Shown here: piece after piece, positions 26,842 to 38,555 of the stretch
How positions within the stretch are numbered: the stretch's first letter is position 1
Layout of the letters: every line of letters begins with the position of its first letter
Assembly: GCF_009914755.1 (NCBI RefSeq)
Contig: NC_060938.1
Length of the DNA stretch: 64,000 bases
Source of the DNA: the human T2T-CHM13v2.0 reference genome, Homo sapiens
Strand: one strand, 5' to 3'
The notes under the pieces: model-generated
What the model was told of the DNA's origin: nothing
What the model saw: the letters and a program-made list of their open reading frames with translations, nothing else
Databases searched by the model: none
Program-made: the position numbers and the translations under genes

Positions 26842-28060
26842 CATTCATCCATTCATTAGAAAAATATTTATTGAGTGTCAATATTCTACTGGGCACTGAA
26901 AATACAATGGTGAAAAAGATGATTTTAAATTTTATTTATTTGATGATGTTTGCTAAATGTGTATCTCTAGCCTGTATATCTTCTCTTGAACTTCTGAGTT
27001 CTGAACATATTCACCATTTACTGTTGGATTTCTAATATGTATTTCAAAATTAGTTTATAGGTCTAAAACCAAACTCTTCATCCTTGCCTTCACCCTTATT
27101 CTCTCCTAATCTTTCCATCTGTTCATTTGTTCAGGCTACAGCCTGGGAGACGTTGCTAATTCTCTCTCCTCCCCACTCCACATTCAATCTGTCAGGAGAT
27201 CTTGGAATCAAAGTTTGTGTACACGCTGCCACTGTTATCACACCACCCAAATCACCTTCATTTCTTGGCTGGATCACTGCTCTAACCTCACACTGCTTCC
27301 AGCAAAGCTCATCTTCAATCTTGTCAGCTCATAGCAGCCACAGTAGAACCAGCCAGCCTTTTCATCTCAGTCAGAATAAAACCAAAAGTCTATACTATGA
27401 ACTATTCATTCTGTCCTCTTCATTTCCTCCACCTGTGCACCAGCCACACTGCCCTTGGAACAACCAAACTGGGCCTTTTCCCTTGGGGGCTCCCACTTTC
27501 TGGGATACCCCAGCTCCAGGTCTTGCTTCTTCACTTTCTTCAAGTCCCGTTAAAATGTTGCATACTCAGTGGCCTTCCCTGGCCATCCTGTATAAATTTC
27601 ACCACCTACCCTGTATGATCCCATTTAATTCCCATATCTATTTCTTCAAAACACCTATTGCCACTGGACATGTTACAAAGTGATTTGCTTATTTGCTTAT
27701 TTCAAGGCATATTTGCTTATTTCCAGGCCTGACTTCTCTATCTAAAAACAAGGACTGCATCTCCTTACTTTACTTACTGACATATCCCCAGGGCATGGGA
27801 CAATATCTAGTACCGAGAAGTCACTAAACAATATTTGTTAAATGAATTCATAAAGAAATAAAATTTCTTACCCTCATAATTTTTATACCCTAACTGGGGG
27901 AGACAGGCAACAAACAAAAAAGCAGAGTTTAGGGAAGAAATTAGAACTCGGTGATGTGACAGAGGCAGCTAGGTGTTGAAAGGAGACCCTTTAGATAGGA
28001 TACTTCTATGAGAGGAGACACTTAAAGCAGGATCTGAATAACAGGAAAAAGCCAGCCTTG
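26842..28060. mobile_element. Minus-strand L2 (26842-26920 and ~27860-28060) split by a plus-strand L2 (~26930-27850)
   Basis: Reverse L2 tail cattcatccattcatt...tatttattgagtg; forward L2 ending ...aacaatatttgttaaatgaat; reverse L2 resumes at cttaccctc...ggggagacag. Confidence 0.6.
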
Positions 28061-29212
28061 CAGCATTTTCATTTTATGGATCAGAAAACTGAAGCTACAA
28101 GAAACCATGTGCTTTTTGCATCTGTTGAATAGTAGAAGTGAATTTATAAACCTAAACTCTGACCACTCTTTGTTCTTCTTTCATGTTAAACTTCAAAGCC
28201 TTTCACAACTAAAATGACTAAAATACAATACTTATTTTTTAAAAAAAAAAAGCCAGAAAAACAATCCAGCCTATCTCTCTGCTAACTTTAAGGCAAGAAT
28301 CACCACCCAGTCTAGGCTGATTGGCAGCTGGCCACAAGGAGACAGTTGGAAAATATATTTAGTTTTTCCTGTTTCATTTTATGTTTAACTTTTGCGTTTT
28401 AAGACTAGTGAGCATGGAGCTCAGTCCTAGAAAAAAAGAAAGTCTGCAATTGTTCTCATTCAGACAGCTACTTCTTAAAAGTCATTTCTCTTAATTCCAT
28501 GAAATACTCCCAGAGGAGTGACCTCCTTCGGTTGCACAGTGCTGAGCTTGTCTTCGTGTTTCTGGAATGCTGCTCCAGGATTTCTTTTTCAAATGGTCAA
28601 GTCATGCTGGTTGTTTTTAAGTCCTCAGAGCACTCTCAGCCTTTTTTTTTTTTTCCCTTTCAAACACAGAGAGCAATGCAAGACTGAATCCTTCCTGGTT
28701 TCATTCCTAATTCCTGCAGCAAATGGTAATCCTGCCTTGGGACACTGAGGCTCCCCTTTGCTTTGCAAATAGTCTGTGAACCTTTAGGAAAGCATGATTG
28801 ATAACACAGTCTGAAAAAAAAGGAAAAGGAAAAAAATACCTACTGAGATGACTAGGCTTGAAGCCTAGTTTGGAATGCACCCAACAGCACAAAACCTTGA
28901 AAAGCAGAAGCAAAAATTCAAACATTTGCCGACCCCAGTGCTTAGTAATTTACCACCTTACTACCTCATGTTTTCTTTCTCTAGTTTTCATTTTTATATG
29001 CATGACTTAAGTAATTCCTAGGCTTATTTCCAATGATACAATGCAGAAAACAAGTTGGGAGAGAATCAGGCAAGGAACACACAATTCCTAGTGTAAATGA
29101 GTTTCAGAATGAACACAGAGAAAAGGACATTCTTCTTTTCTCTTTCTTTCTTTTATTCTGTTTTTGTTGTTGTTATTCAAAAATAAGAAAAGTTGATGAT
29201 TGGTTGGTGCAA

Positions 29213-29468
29213 TGTTTTAGTCAGGGGTTCTCCAGAGAGACAGAAATAATAGAATATATAAAGAGAGAGAGATGTATGAAAAGGGATTTATTAGTGGAAT
29301 TAGCTACTCAATTATGGAGGCTGAGAAGTCCCACAATAGGCTGTTCATAAGCTGGAGAACAAGGGAAGATGGTAGCATGGATTGGTCTAAGTCCAAAGGC
29401 CTGAGAACCTGGAATTCTGACACCTAAGGGCAGGAAAAGGAGGATGTTCCAGCTCCAGAGGAGAGAGA
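29213..29468 (-). mobile_element. MLT2 (ERVL) LTR, partial
   Basis: tgttttagtcaggggttctccagagagacagaa...attatggaggctgagaagtccca. Confidence 0.85.
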
Positions 29469-29734
29469 CTCATTAAGAGAGTCTTATGAAGACTAGGTTT
29501 AAGGTGTTATTAAGAAAAGAGATTAATAAGGGCTCTCCCTGTGAGAAACAGAGATGGATGTATTTTAGAATTAGAGGAACAGGAAATGGTTAGTTAGGAA
29601 GCCCAGCTGAGAATGTTCTAAGCCACAATAGATAAAAGGAGAGTGTTGAGTAATCACTTGACATCTCAGGGCCTAAGATGCTGGTGGGAAGGGAAAGAAC
29701 AGGGGAGCTGAACATACAGAGATTCAGAGTGTGA

Positions 29735-29736
<2 letters not shown>

Positions 29737-29776
<40 letters not shown>

Positions 29777-29893
29777 TGTGGTGTGTGTGGGGTGTGTGTG
29801 GTGTGTGGTGTGTGTGTGGTGTCTGGTGTGTGTGTATGTGTGGTGTCTGGTGTGTCTGTATGCTTGTGTGGTGTCTATGTGCGCGCGTGTGTG
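29737..29893. repeat. (GT)19 microsatellite with degenerate GT/GGT extension
   Basis: Pure GT at 29737-29775, then interrupted gtgtg/gtgg units. Confidence 0.97.
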
Positions 29894-30719
29894 TTTATGG
29901 GGGAGGGCCACTATATGAAATTGCAGGGCAAGTGTATGAGACTCGAATTGGCTTTGCTGATGGGGGTGGGGACTGCAGGTGGGCCTTTTGGCATTCCTGA
30001 AATAATGGCACTATTTCTGCTTGATGGAAATAATTTAGTGAAAGCACATGATTGCTACATGCAATTAGGAGTTGGAATAAAACATGATTGCTGTTTTCTT
30101 GTTTGCATGTGTGGGATTATATTATAATTAAATGGAATAGTAACAAGAGGTGTGTGTAAATTATATTCCTGGCTTGCATGAAGGATAGAAACCAGCAGAA
30201 ATAGGCCAGGAGCAGTGGAGGCTATTGGGCGATTTGTTCCAGGAAATTCTGACAACTCACTGGGAAGCTGAAACTGCTGGGGACTTGGCTGTTCAGGTAA
30301 GAAAACAACCACGATCTTGGCTTTGACTCCTCAGGGGATGACGCTCTTCCAGTTGATGGAGAAGCATGAGCTCCTATGATTAGATTGAGAGAATTTTTGG
30401 AAGAGGATTATCTTGTCGATATCAGATTATGCTTTGCCTAACACGGTTTCCAGTGAGAGCTCTGTTCCTTTGGCATATAGATTTGATCAAGGTGACAGTG
30501 TTCACTCACATCCCTATCAGCTAATGATATTCTCACATTAGTCTTTTTTTTTTTTCTTGCTGTCTTTCTTTACTGTAAAGCCAAGGAATAACTAGTTAAT
30601 TGCGCCTTGTTAGATGTTAACTGTTATTAGCCTAAGTAACTTGGGTCTCAGGGTGTGAGCATGAGAAGCCAACATCCACAATAGGTAGATTTATGGTTAA
30701 CATTTGGTGCATCATGATG

Positions 30720-31010
30720 TTATTAAACCAGAGAATTGACCCAGTAAGAATATGATTTGGGGAACAGACATGTCGAATTTGAAGTACCAACAGAACATCC
30801 AAATTCCAGTGTCCAGGAGATGTGGTATGTCCATATGTAGAGCTAAAGAAATAAAAACGGATGGGGGATCAAGATTTCGGAATCATCAGCATATTTGAGT
30901 GATGAATCCAAGCCATAGCAGTGAAAGAAAAAACCAGGATGAATGGAGAAACTGAGAAGCTGGTTAAAGATAAATCATTGGGTAACGCCAATTTTAAGGG
31001 TGAGTGGAGC
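30720..31010 (-). mobile_element. L2 fragment
   Basis: atttcggaatcatcagcatat...aagccatagcagtg resemble reverse L2. Confidence 0.5.
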
Positions 31011-31033
31011 CAGAGGATCTCAAAAAAAGAAAG

Positions 31034-31369
31034 TGTTGTGAACTAAATACTTGTGCCCCACCTCCCCTAAAATTCTTGTTGAAACTGAATCCCTGGTGTT
31101 ATAGTATGTGGGGCGGGGACCTTTGGGATGTAATTAGGTCATGAGGGTGGAGCCCCATGGATGGGATTAGTGCCCTTAGAAGAACAGGCCAGAGAGCTAT
31201 CTCACTTTCTTTCTGTCACGTGAGGACACAAGACATTGATAGTCTGCAACCTAGAAGAGAGCCCTCATGAGAAACAACCATGCTGGCACTCTGATCTCAG
31301 ACTTCCAGTCTCCAGAACTATGGAAAATAGACTCTGCGGTACTTCATCATATCAGCCAGAACTAAGACA
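31034..31369 (+). mobile_element. MLT1A-like MaLR solo LTR
   Basis: tgttgtgaactaaat...taattaggtcatgagggtggagcccc...tgatctcagacttccagtctccagaact...actaagaca. Confidence 0.88.
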
Positions 31370-32658
31370 GAAGAAGAAATCAGGGACAGTTGGAAAAGTA
31401 GGAGAAGCTGGTGTCAGGAAAGTTAGGAGAGAAGTTTTACGATATAGGGAGAGAGTGATAGTATCGATGCTGCAAAAAAGTCCCAACACAATAAGACATA
31501 GAAAAAAGACGGAAATTCAAATGGATGGAATTTCAAAGTGGTAAATAGAATAAAAGTGCCAGACCCAACAGGTATACATCTAATTTTTAAAGATGACTCA
31601 AGCTGTTATGATTCTACCCAAGATGAAGTTGAGCCAGTCTGTGATTTTACTCCTCACCAGTATCTTCTGTGGTGGTGTCCATTTTGCTAGCTCCTGATTT
31701 TTGGCTCTGATTATAGCTCCTGCTCTTTTTCTATTTGGACACCTGGACATGGATGTCCGCTTCCCTGGGAGTACCAGTTACACCCTTTCCAAGTTGTCTG
31801 GTAAGAACCTCCTTGGACCATCTGGTTTCAGCCTCCTTGGGCAGGGGAGAAAATGGGTCCATTACCTACAAGGTAGTTGGACAACATGTTTAGTGGGGTT
31901 GGAGGAGGCAGTCAGGACTGAATAATGGTGTGGCAAGAGCAGACATCTAGAGAGTACAGTCTCATAACCCTTGTGCCCCGAAAGGCAGAGGGGCAGATGT
32001 GGGAGATAAAGGGACAAATGGGCCTTGTGTGCCACTACTGGGCAATGTTGGCCTGATCAAGGAGGCTCTCTAACTTCCTAGTCCTCCTGCCATGGTGGGT
32101 TTTGAAGGAAGGAGTGGATTTTGAGGAGCAGAGTCAAAGCCAACTGATCGAATATGGCTATAAAATAATAAGAATCTTAAGACTCACCTTGGGATTTATA
32201 CATCTGCCTGAACATTTTCCCACCTCCAGGAGTCTCCTTCCATTGTAAAGAGGTTCCTTGTTCCAGGGAGGCACTTATTATTCTGAATGCCTTTGGGCTC
32301 TTCATACCCTTCAAGGGTTCCTTCATCCCATCTTATATTAGTTTGTTATTGGTGCATAACAAATTACCACAAACTTAACTTAAAAGTAACACCTAATATT
32401 AGCTCATAGTTCTGCAGATCAGAAGTCCTTGTGGGCTTGGCTGGGTTCTCTGCTCAGGCTCAAATCAAGATGTCAGCTGTGCTAGGCTCTAATCTGGAGG
32501 CCCTGGGGGAAGGATCTGCTCCCAAGCTCAGTCAGGTGGTTGGCAGATTCAGTCCACTGGCTGTGAACTGAGGGCCACAATATTCTAGGGGCTGCTCAGA
32601 TTTCTAATCATGTGGCCCCCTCCATTTTCAAACCAGCAATAAGTGTCAAGGCATTCTT

Positions 32659-33248
<590 letters not shown>

Positions 33249-33348
33249 TAAAGGAATCATGTAATTAAACCTGACTTACCTAAATGATCTCTCTCTATTG
33301 TAAAAAGGAATGATTAGTACTTATATATGCAAAGTCCCTTTTGCCATG

Positions 33349-33721
33349 TGCTATAGACTAAATGTTTATGTCACCCGCCTCCCCCAAATTTACAGGTTGA
33401 AATTCTAAGCCTCAATGGGATGGTATTTGGAGGTGGGGCCTTATGGAGGTGATTGGGTCATATGAGCAGAGCCCTCATAAATGGGATCAGCGGCCTTACA
33501 AAAAGGCTCCAGAGAGTTTCCTTGCCCCCTCCCACCATGTGAGGAGACGGTGAGAAGGGAGCTGACTATGAACCAGGAAGTGGGCCCTCATCAGACACCA
33601 AATCAGCCAACACTTTGATCTTAGACGGTCCACCTCCAGAGCTGCGAGAAATCAGTTTCTGTTGTTTATAAGCCACCTTGTCTATGCTGTTTTGTTACAG
33701 CAGCCTGAACAGACTAAGAAA
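33349..33721 (+). mobile_element. MLT1A0-like MaLR solo LTR
   Basis: Typical MLT1A body; perfect 5-bp TSD ccatg at 33344-33348 and 33722-33726. Confidence 0.9.
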
Positions 33722-35052
33722 CCATGTGACTTGATATAATCACAGGAGTGATGTCCCATCATATTCACAGGGGAGGGGATTACACAAGATGAGTGCTTTT
33801 GGGGTCATTCTGAGACTTCTGCTACCACACTTTCACAGCCTTCATTCTTTTCAATGCCACCAGTAGCACCAAATTTTTCAAAGTAGTTCTCCTCTTTTGG
33901 ACACAACCAAAAGTCGTTTAGTGAATAAGATGGGTGAACAATTTTTTATTTTAAAAATGGCTTTGAATATAAAGGCATATGAGTGTTTTCCTTGCATGAC
34001 CCATAAGCAAGATCTGAAAGTAATTTCAACATGAAAGTTTTCCTATTTCACATTTCATTATGCTACTGCAATATTTTCTCAGTGTATTGGGGCAAAAAAA
34101 TATTCGAATGGAGGCATTAGTATATTAAGCCCAAAATTCCCTTCCCAGTTTTAGACTGGTCTCCTGAGTTCAACATTTATTCATTTTAACCATGGAATTT
34201 GTGTCTTAATTTTCCTTTCCCTTCCATCTGCAAGTAACACTGGGCCAGAGGAGTAATATTCTTGTCTAGCTCAGCAATTCCACGGAGGAGCAAAGCCTCC
34301 TGGGCGCCATTTGGAGAGATAGTGAGAGGCAGGCATTTGCGTTTCTGTGGGGTTTGGACAGGCTGTGCAGCTACCACAGGTGGGTGGTCCAAATGATCTG
34401 CAGACAGTTGAACTCCTCGGGGTTTTGGGTCCTGGGATATGCCTAATATTTCAAAAGCAGCTCCATTCTGGATGGTTTTCTGGAGACAAAACCTCAGAAT
34501 CAAAAATGATCTCATTAAAACAAGGAGAGGTAGCTGAAGCCAAGGTCCCAGAGGGAGTTGTTTTTCCTTGGACTCCATTTATTTTACTTCCTTCAGCCAA
34601 AAAATAAGATAAATAAATAAATTTAGAAGCCTACATGTTTTCCTTAGAACTTAAGAAACTGCCTTCCTGCAGCTCTCCCCTCTCTGCTTTGGAGCTTTGT
34701 ACACATGCGTCATATAGGGAGAGGGAGGGACGGCAATGGGGAGAAAGAAGGATGGCCTCCACTCACCAAACCTGCAGGATCCAGTTATAGAGACCAAAGC
34801 AGGAAAACCCTGGGTGAAGGCTCAGTGTTACATAAATGTGTCAAATTCCATGACAAAAAGGGAGAAGCACCATACATCTGACAACCATCTTAAAGAACAA
34901 GGTGATACAACCCACATATTAGCAGCAAAATTTCTTAAATTTGCAAGGTTAGGAAGACATGCATTAAGTAGATGAAAGGAAGACGTAATACCTGGTTAAC
35001 AGGATGAATGCTCCTTCAAGAGACTAGCTTAGTACAATAATGGGAATATTCT

Positions 35053-36336
35053 TATATCTATATCTAGCTGGATATATAGATATATAGATGTATAGATATC
35101 TATCTATATAGATATATCTATATATCTAGATATCTATATATAGATATATCTAGATATCTATATATCTATATATATAGATATAGATATATCTATATATAGA
35201 TATATCTAGATATATAGATATCTATGTAGATATCTATATATCTAGATATAACTATATAGATATATAGATATCTACATAGATATATATCTAGATATATCAT
35301 AAATCTATCTATATCTATATATAGATATATATATCTGTATATACATATATATCTAGATATATATAGATATATATCTGTGTATACATATATCTATATATAG
35401 ATGTATGTATCTGTATATAGATATGTCTATAGATATATCTATAATATCTGTATATAGATATATCTATAGATATATCTGTATATAGATATATATATACACA
35501 CATATATAGATATATATCTCTATATGCACATATATATATATCTCTATACGCACATATATAGATATATATCTCTATACGCACATATATAGATATATATCTC
35601 TATACGCACATATATAGATATATATCTCTATACGCACATATATAGATATATATCTCTATACGCACATATATAGATATATATCTCTATACGCACATATATA
35701 GATATATATCTCTATACGCACATATATAGATATATATCTCTATACGCACATATATAGATATATATCTCTATACGCACATATATAGATATATATCTCTATA
35801 CGCACATATATAGATATATATCTCTATACGCACATATATAGATATATATCTCTATACGCACATATATAGATATATATCTCTATACGCACATATATAGATA
35901 TATATCTCTATACGCACATATATAGATATATATCTCTATACGCACATATATAGATATATATCTCTATACGCACATATATAGATATATATCTCTATACGCA
36001 CATATATAGATATATATCTCTATACGCACATATATAGATATATATCTCTATACGCACATATATAGATATATATCTCTATACGCACATATATAGATATATA
36101 TCTCTATACGCACATATATAGATATATATCTCTATACGCACATATATAGATATATATCTCTATACGCACATATATAGATATATATCTCTATATGCACATA
36201 TATAGATATATACACATATATATCTATATATATACACATATATATCTATATATATACACATATATATCTATATATATACACATATATATCTATATATATA
36301 TACACATATATATCTATATATATATATATATATGTA
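35053..36336. repeat. AT-rich compound minisatellite; core of 23 perfect 28-bp units (cgcacatatatagatatatatctctata) at 35549-36192
   Basis: Direct reading with period 28; degenerate TAGATA/TATCTA tract on the left and ~22-bp cacatatatatctatatatata units on the right. Confidence 0.97.
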
Positions 36337-36767
36337 TTGGATTTTTCTTTGTATGTGATTAAGATTTCCTCTCTACTATCCCACATCTTATGTAAACTGG
36401 CATTTTTGATTTCATTTTATCAATGTGCTGGCCCTAAGATACTTTGCCTAAACTGTCACTGAAACAAATTAATTAAATTAAATATTTAAATAAATTAATT
36501 AAATATTAAATATAACAAACTCTTCCTTTTGCCATTTTTCCTTTTCCTTTCTTTTTCTGACCCAGGATAAATATTTTCATATTTAAGTAGGACACAGTCC
36601 TCTCAGTAACAACTTCAAGCAACTCAGTGGATAGAGAATTTAATCTTGAGTGTCTCTGAAAATGAGAGCTAAAACTTAGTTTACCATCTATTTAAAAAGT
36701 ACTTTCAAAATCCTTTGTGACCCGGAGATTTAGCTGTCAAGAAGTAAAGAGAGCAAACAACTTAGAA

Positions 36768-36990
36768 ACAGTATAATGTAATGATTGAGAGTATAACTTC
36801 CAGGTCAGACAGACCTGCTAACAAATCCTGGCCCTGCCTCTTATATCTGTGTGTCATTGGGTAGATTACTTCGCCATTTTGAGCTGACTTCCTCCCCTAT
36901 AACTGGGGTATAATGATAAAGAATACTAAATAAGGGAATGTGTAAAACTAGAACTCAGGAAACACTCAAATATTAGCTGCTAATATTATT
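36768..36990 (+). mobile_element. MIR
   Basis: acagtataatgtaatgattgagag...cagacagacctg...aaatcctggccctgcc...aatattagctgc. Confidence 0.75.
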
Positions 36991-37721
36991 TTCCCAACTC
37001 TAAAAACTTCAGGCACAACTATTTCAAAGTTGGGTTTTTCAAACTTGGTGATTTACCAAAAAAAAAAAAAAAAAAGAAAGAAAAAAATTCTCCCAAAATA
37101 AAAACCAACTTACCTTAAGAACTGGCTCATCAGACTGGTGGAAGAAGCATCTTCTCGCTGAACTGCGTTAACTTGAACCCTGAACTTGAACCTTTGCCTC
37201 AAGGGTCTAAAAAGAATTTCATCCTCTGTTGCTCATTCAAATATTTTCCTCACTGACTTCCTTTTCTTTCCGTAAACCACCCACCAGTTTGTCAATATAG
37301 CATTGACAGCCATCTCTGTTTGTCTTGGCTGATTGATTTTCCTGAGTACCATTAGAAGCATTAGCCTTCACCTGTCTTAGCTGGGTAATTTGGTTTGTAA
37401 TGGCCTGGAATGCTCTTATGTTTACCCTGGTGGAAGAGGTTAAGTTAGAGCCCAGGTCTTGTCCTGTTAGTGATAATGTCTTGCCTTGATATACAACCCT
37501 AGCAAATAAGAAATGACAAAATGGCACTAAACATCTTTCTCTCTGGGCTTAAAATTCATTACCTCAATTCAGAAAGCTGAAAGAAGAGAGACAATATTTT
37601 CTGTATGTTTTTACAGGTATAAAACCTGTAGGTAATTATGTGGAATGCCAGGAAAGCAGAATATGGATTTTTTGTAGCATGTTTGTTTTTATGTAAAAGA
37701 GTATTCGTGGATATCCTGGAG

Positions 37722-38555
37722 CGGAGGTTGGCAAATTCTGACCCATTAGCCAAAATCAATCTCCCGCTTGGTTTGTAAAAAAAAAAAAGTGTTACTGAAC
37801 ACAATCAGGCTAGTCTGTTTACACACTGTCTGTGCCTTCTTTTGTGCTACTGATATAGGAGTTAATAAGAAATTATTTAGTGGGGGTAAAAGAGTTCTCG
37901 GTAGAATTTCTTTCATAAAAAGCAGCCCCCAGACCGTTTCTTTTCTAACAGAAAGCAGCCTAAAAAAATCAAGCCGCAAACATAAATAAACAAGCTGGAA
38001 GCTTGCATAGGTAAATGCTGGCAGCCGAACCTGGAAGTCAGGTATATCGAACATGGCGATTCCCTCCTCCCTCTGCTTGTCGCCACTTGTGCAGGTGTCA
38101 TGGCTCCGGTCAGGTGGAGGCCACCTTTGCATAATAAAATATTAGGGTGAGACAGCCAGTCTCTTCGTGGGCTATGTAAATGGAACGCCTGGTCAAACCA
38201 ATCCCCTGGGCCCTATGTAAATCAATCACCACCTCCTCAAGCCCCTCTATAAAATCAACCACACCCCACCCTAAACCCAGAAACCCGCTTGAGCGCTTCC
38301 TCTGCATGAGGAAGCTCTCTCTCTTTTCTTTCGTTTTTCTATTAAAACTTTTCCCCTCTTAAACCCACTCTATACGCGTGTGTCCATATCCTTAATCTTC
38401 TTGGTGCCAGACGACAAACCTTGGGTATTTCCGCAGACAACGATGCCACTTCACTACAATAGCTGAATAGAGTAGTTGCAACAGAGACCTTGTGGCCTCC
38501 AAAGCCTAAAATATTTATTCTCTAGCCTCTTATGGTAGAAGTTTGCCGGCCCCTG
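37722..38555 (+). mobile_element. MER58A (hAT-Charlie), split by a MER50 LTR
   Basis: Termini cggaggttggcaaa...gtttgccggcccctg; internal gagtagttgcaacagagacc...aaagcctaaaatatt. Confidence 0.85.
37851..38453 (+). mobile_element. MER50-like ERV1 solo LTR
   Basis: TG...CA termini; perfect 4-bp TSD ctac at 37847-37850 and 38454-38457; CCAAT 38198, TATAAAA 38248, ATTAAA 38341. Confidence 0.85.

Noticed and set aside
27084-27683. Longest ORF in the window (199 aa)
   Set aside because: Lies in a degraded L2, starts at TTG, is Ser/Pro/Leu-rich and has no recognisable domain.
29666-30127. Cys/Val- and His/Thr-rich ORFs
   Set aside because: Translations of the GT microsatellite.
34186-34607. 130-aa ORF and a YY1/CTCF-like gggcgccatttggaga in unique DNA
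   Set aside because: No recognisable protein and the motif match is only partial; too weak to call.
35549-36192. Regular 28-bp repeats as a CRISPR-like array
   Set aside because: Units are head-to-tail with no unique spacers, in primate DNA; it is a minisatellite.
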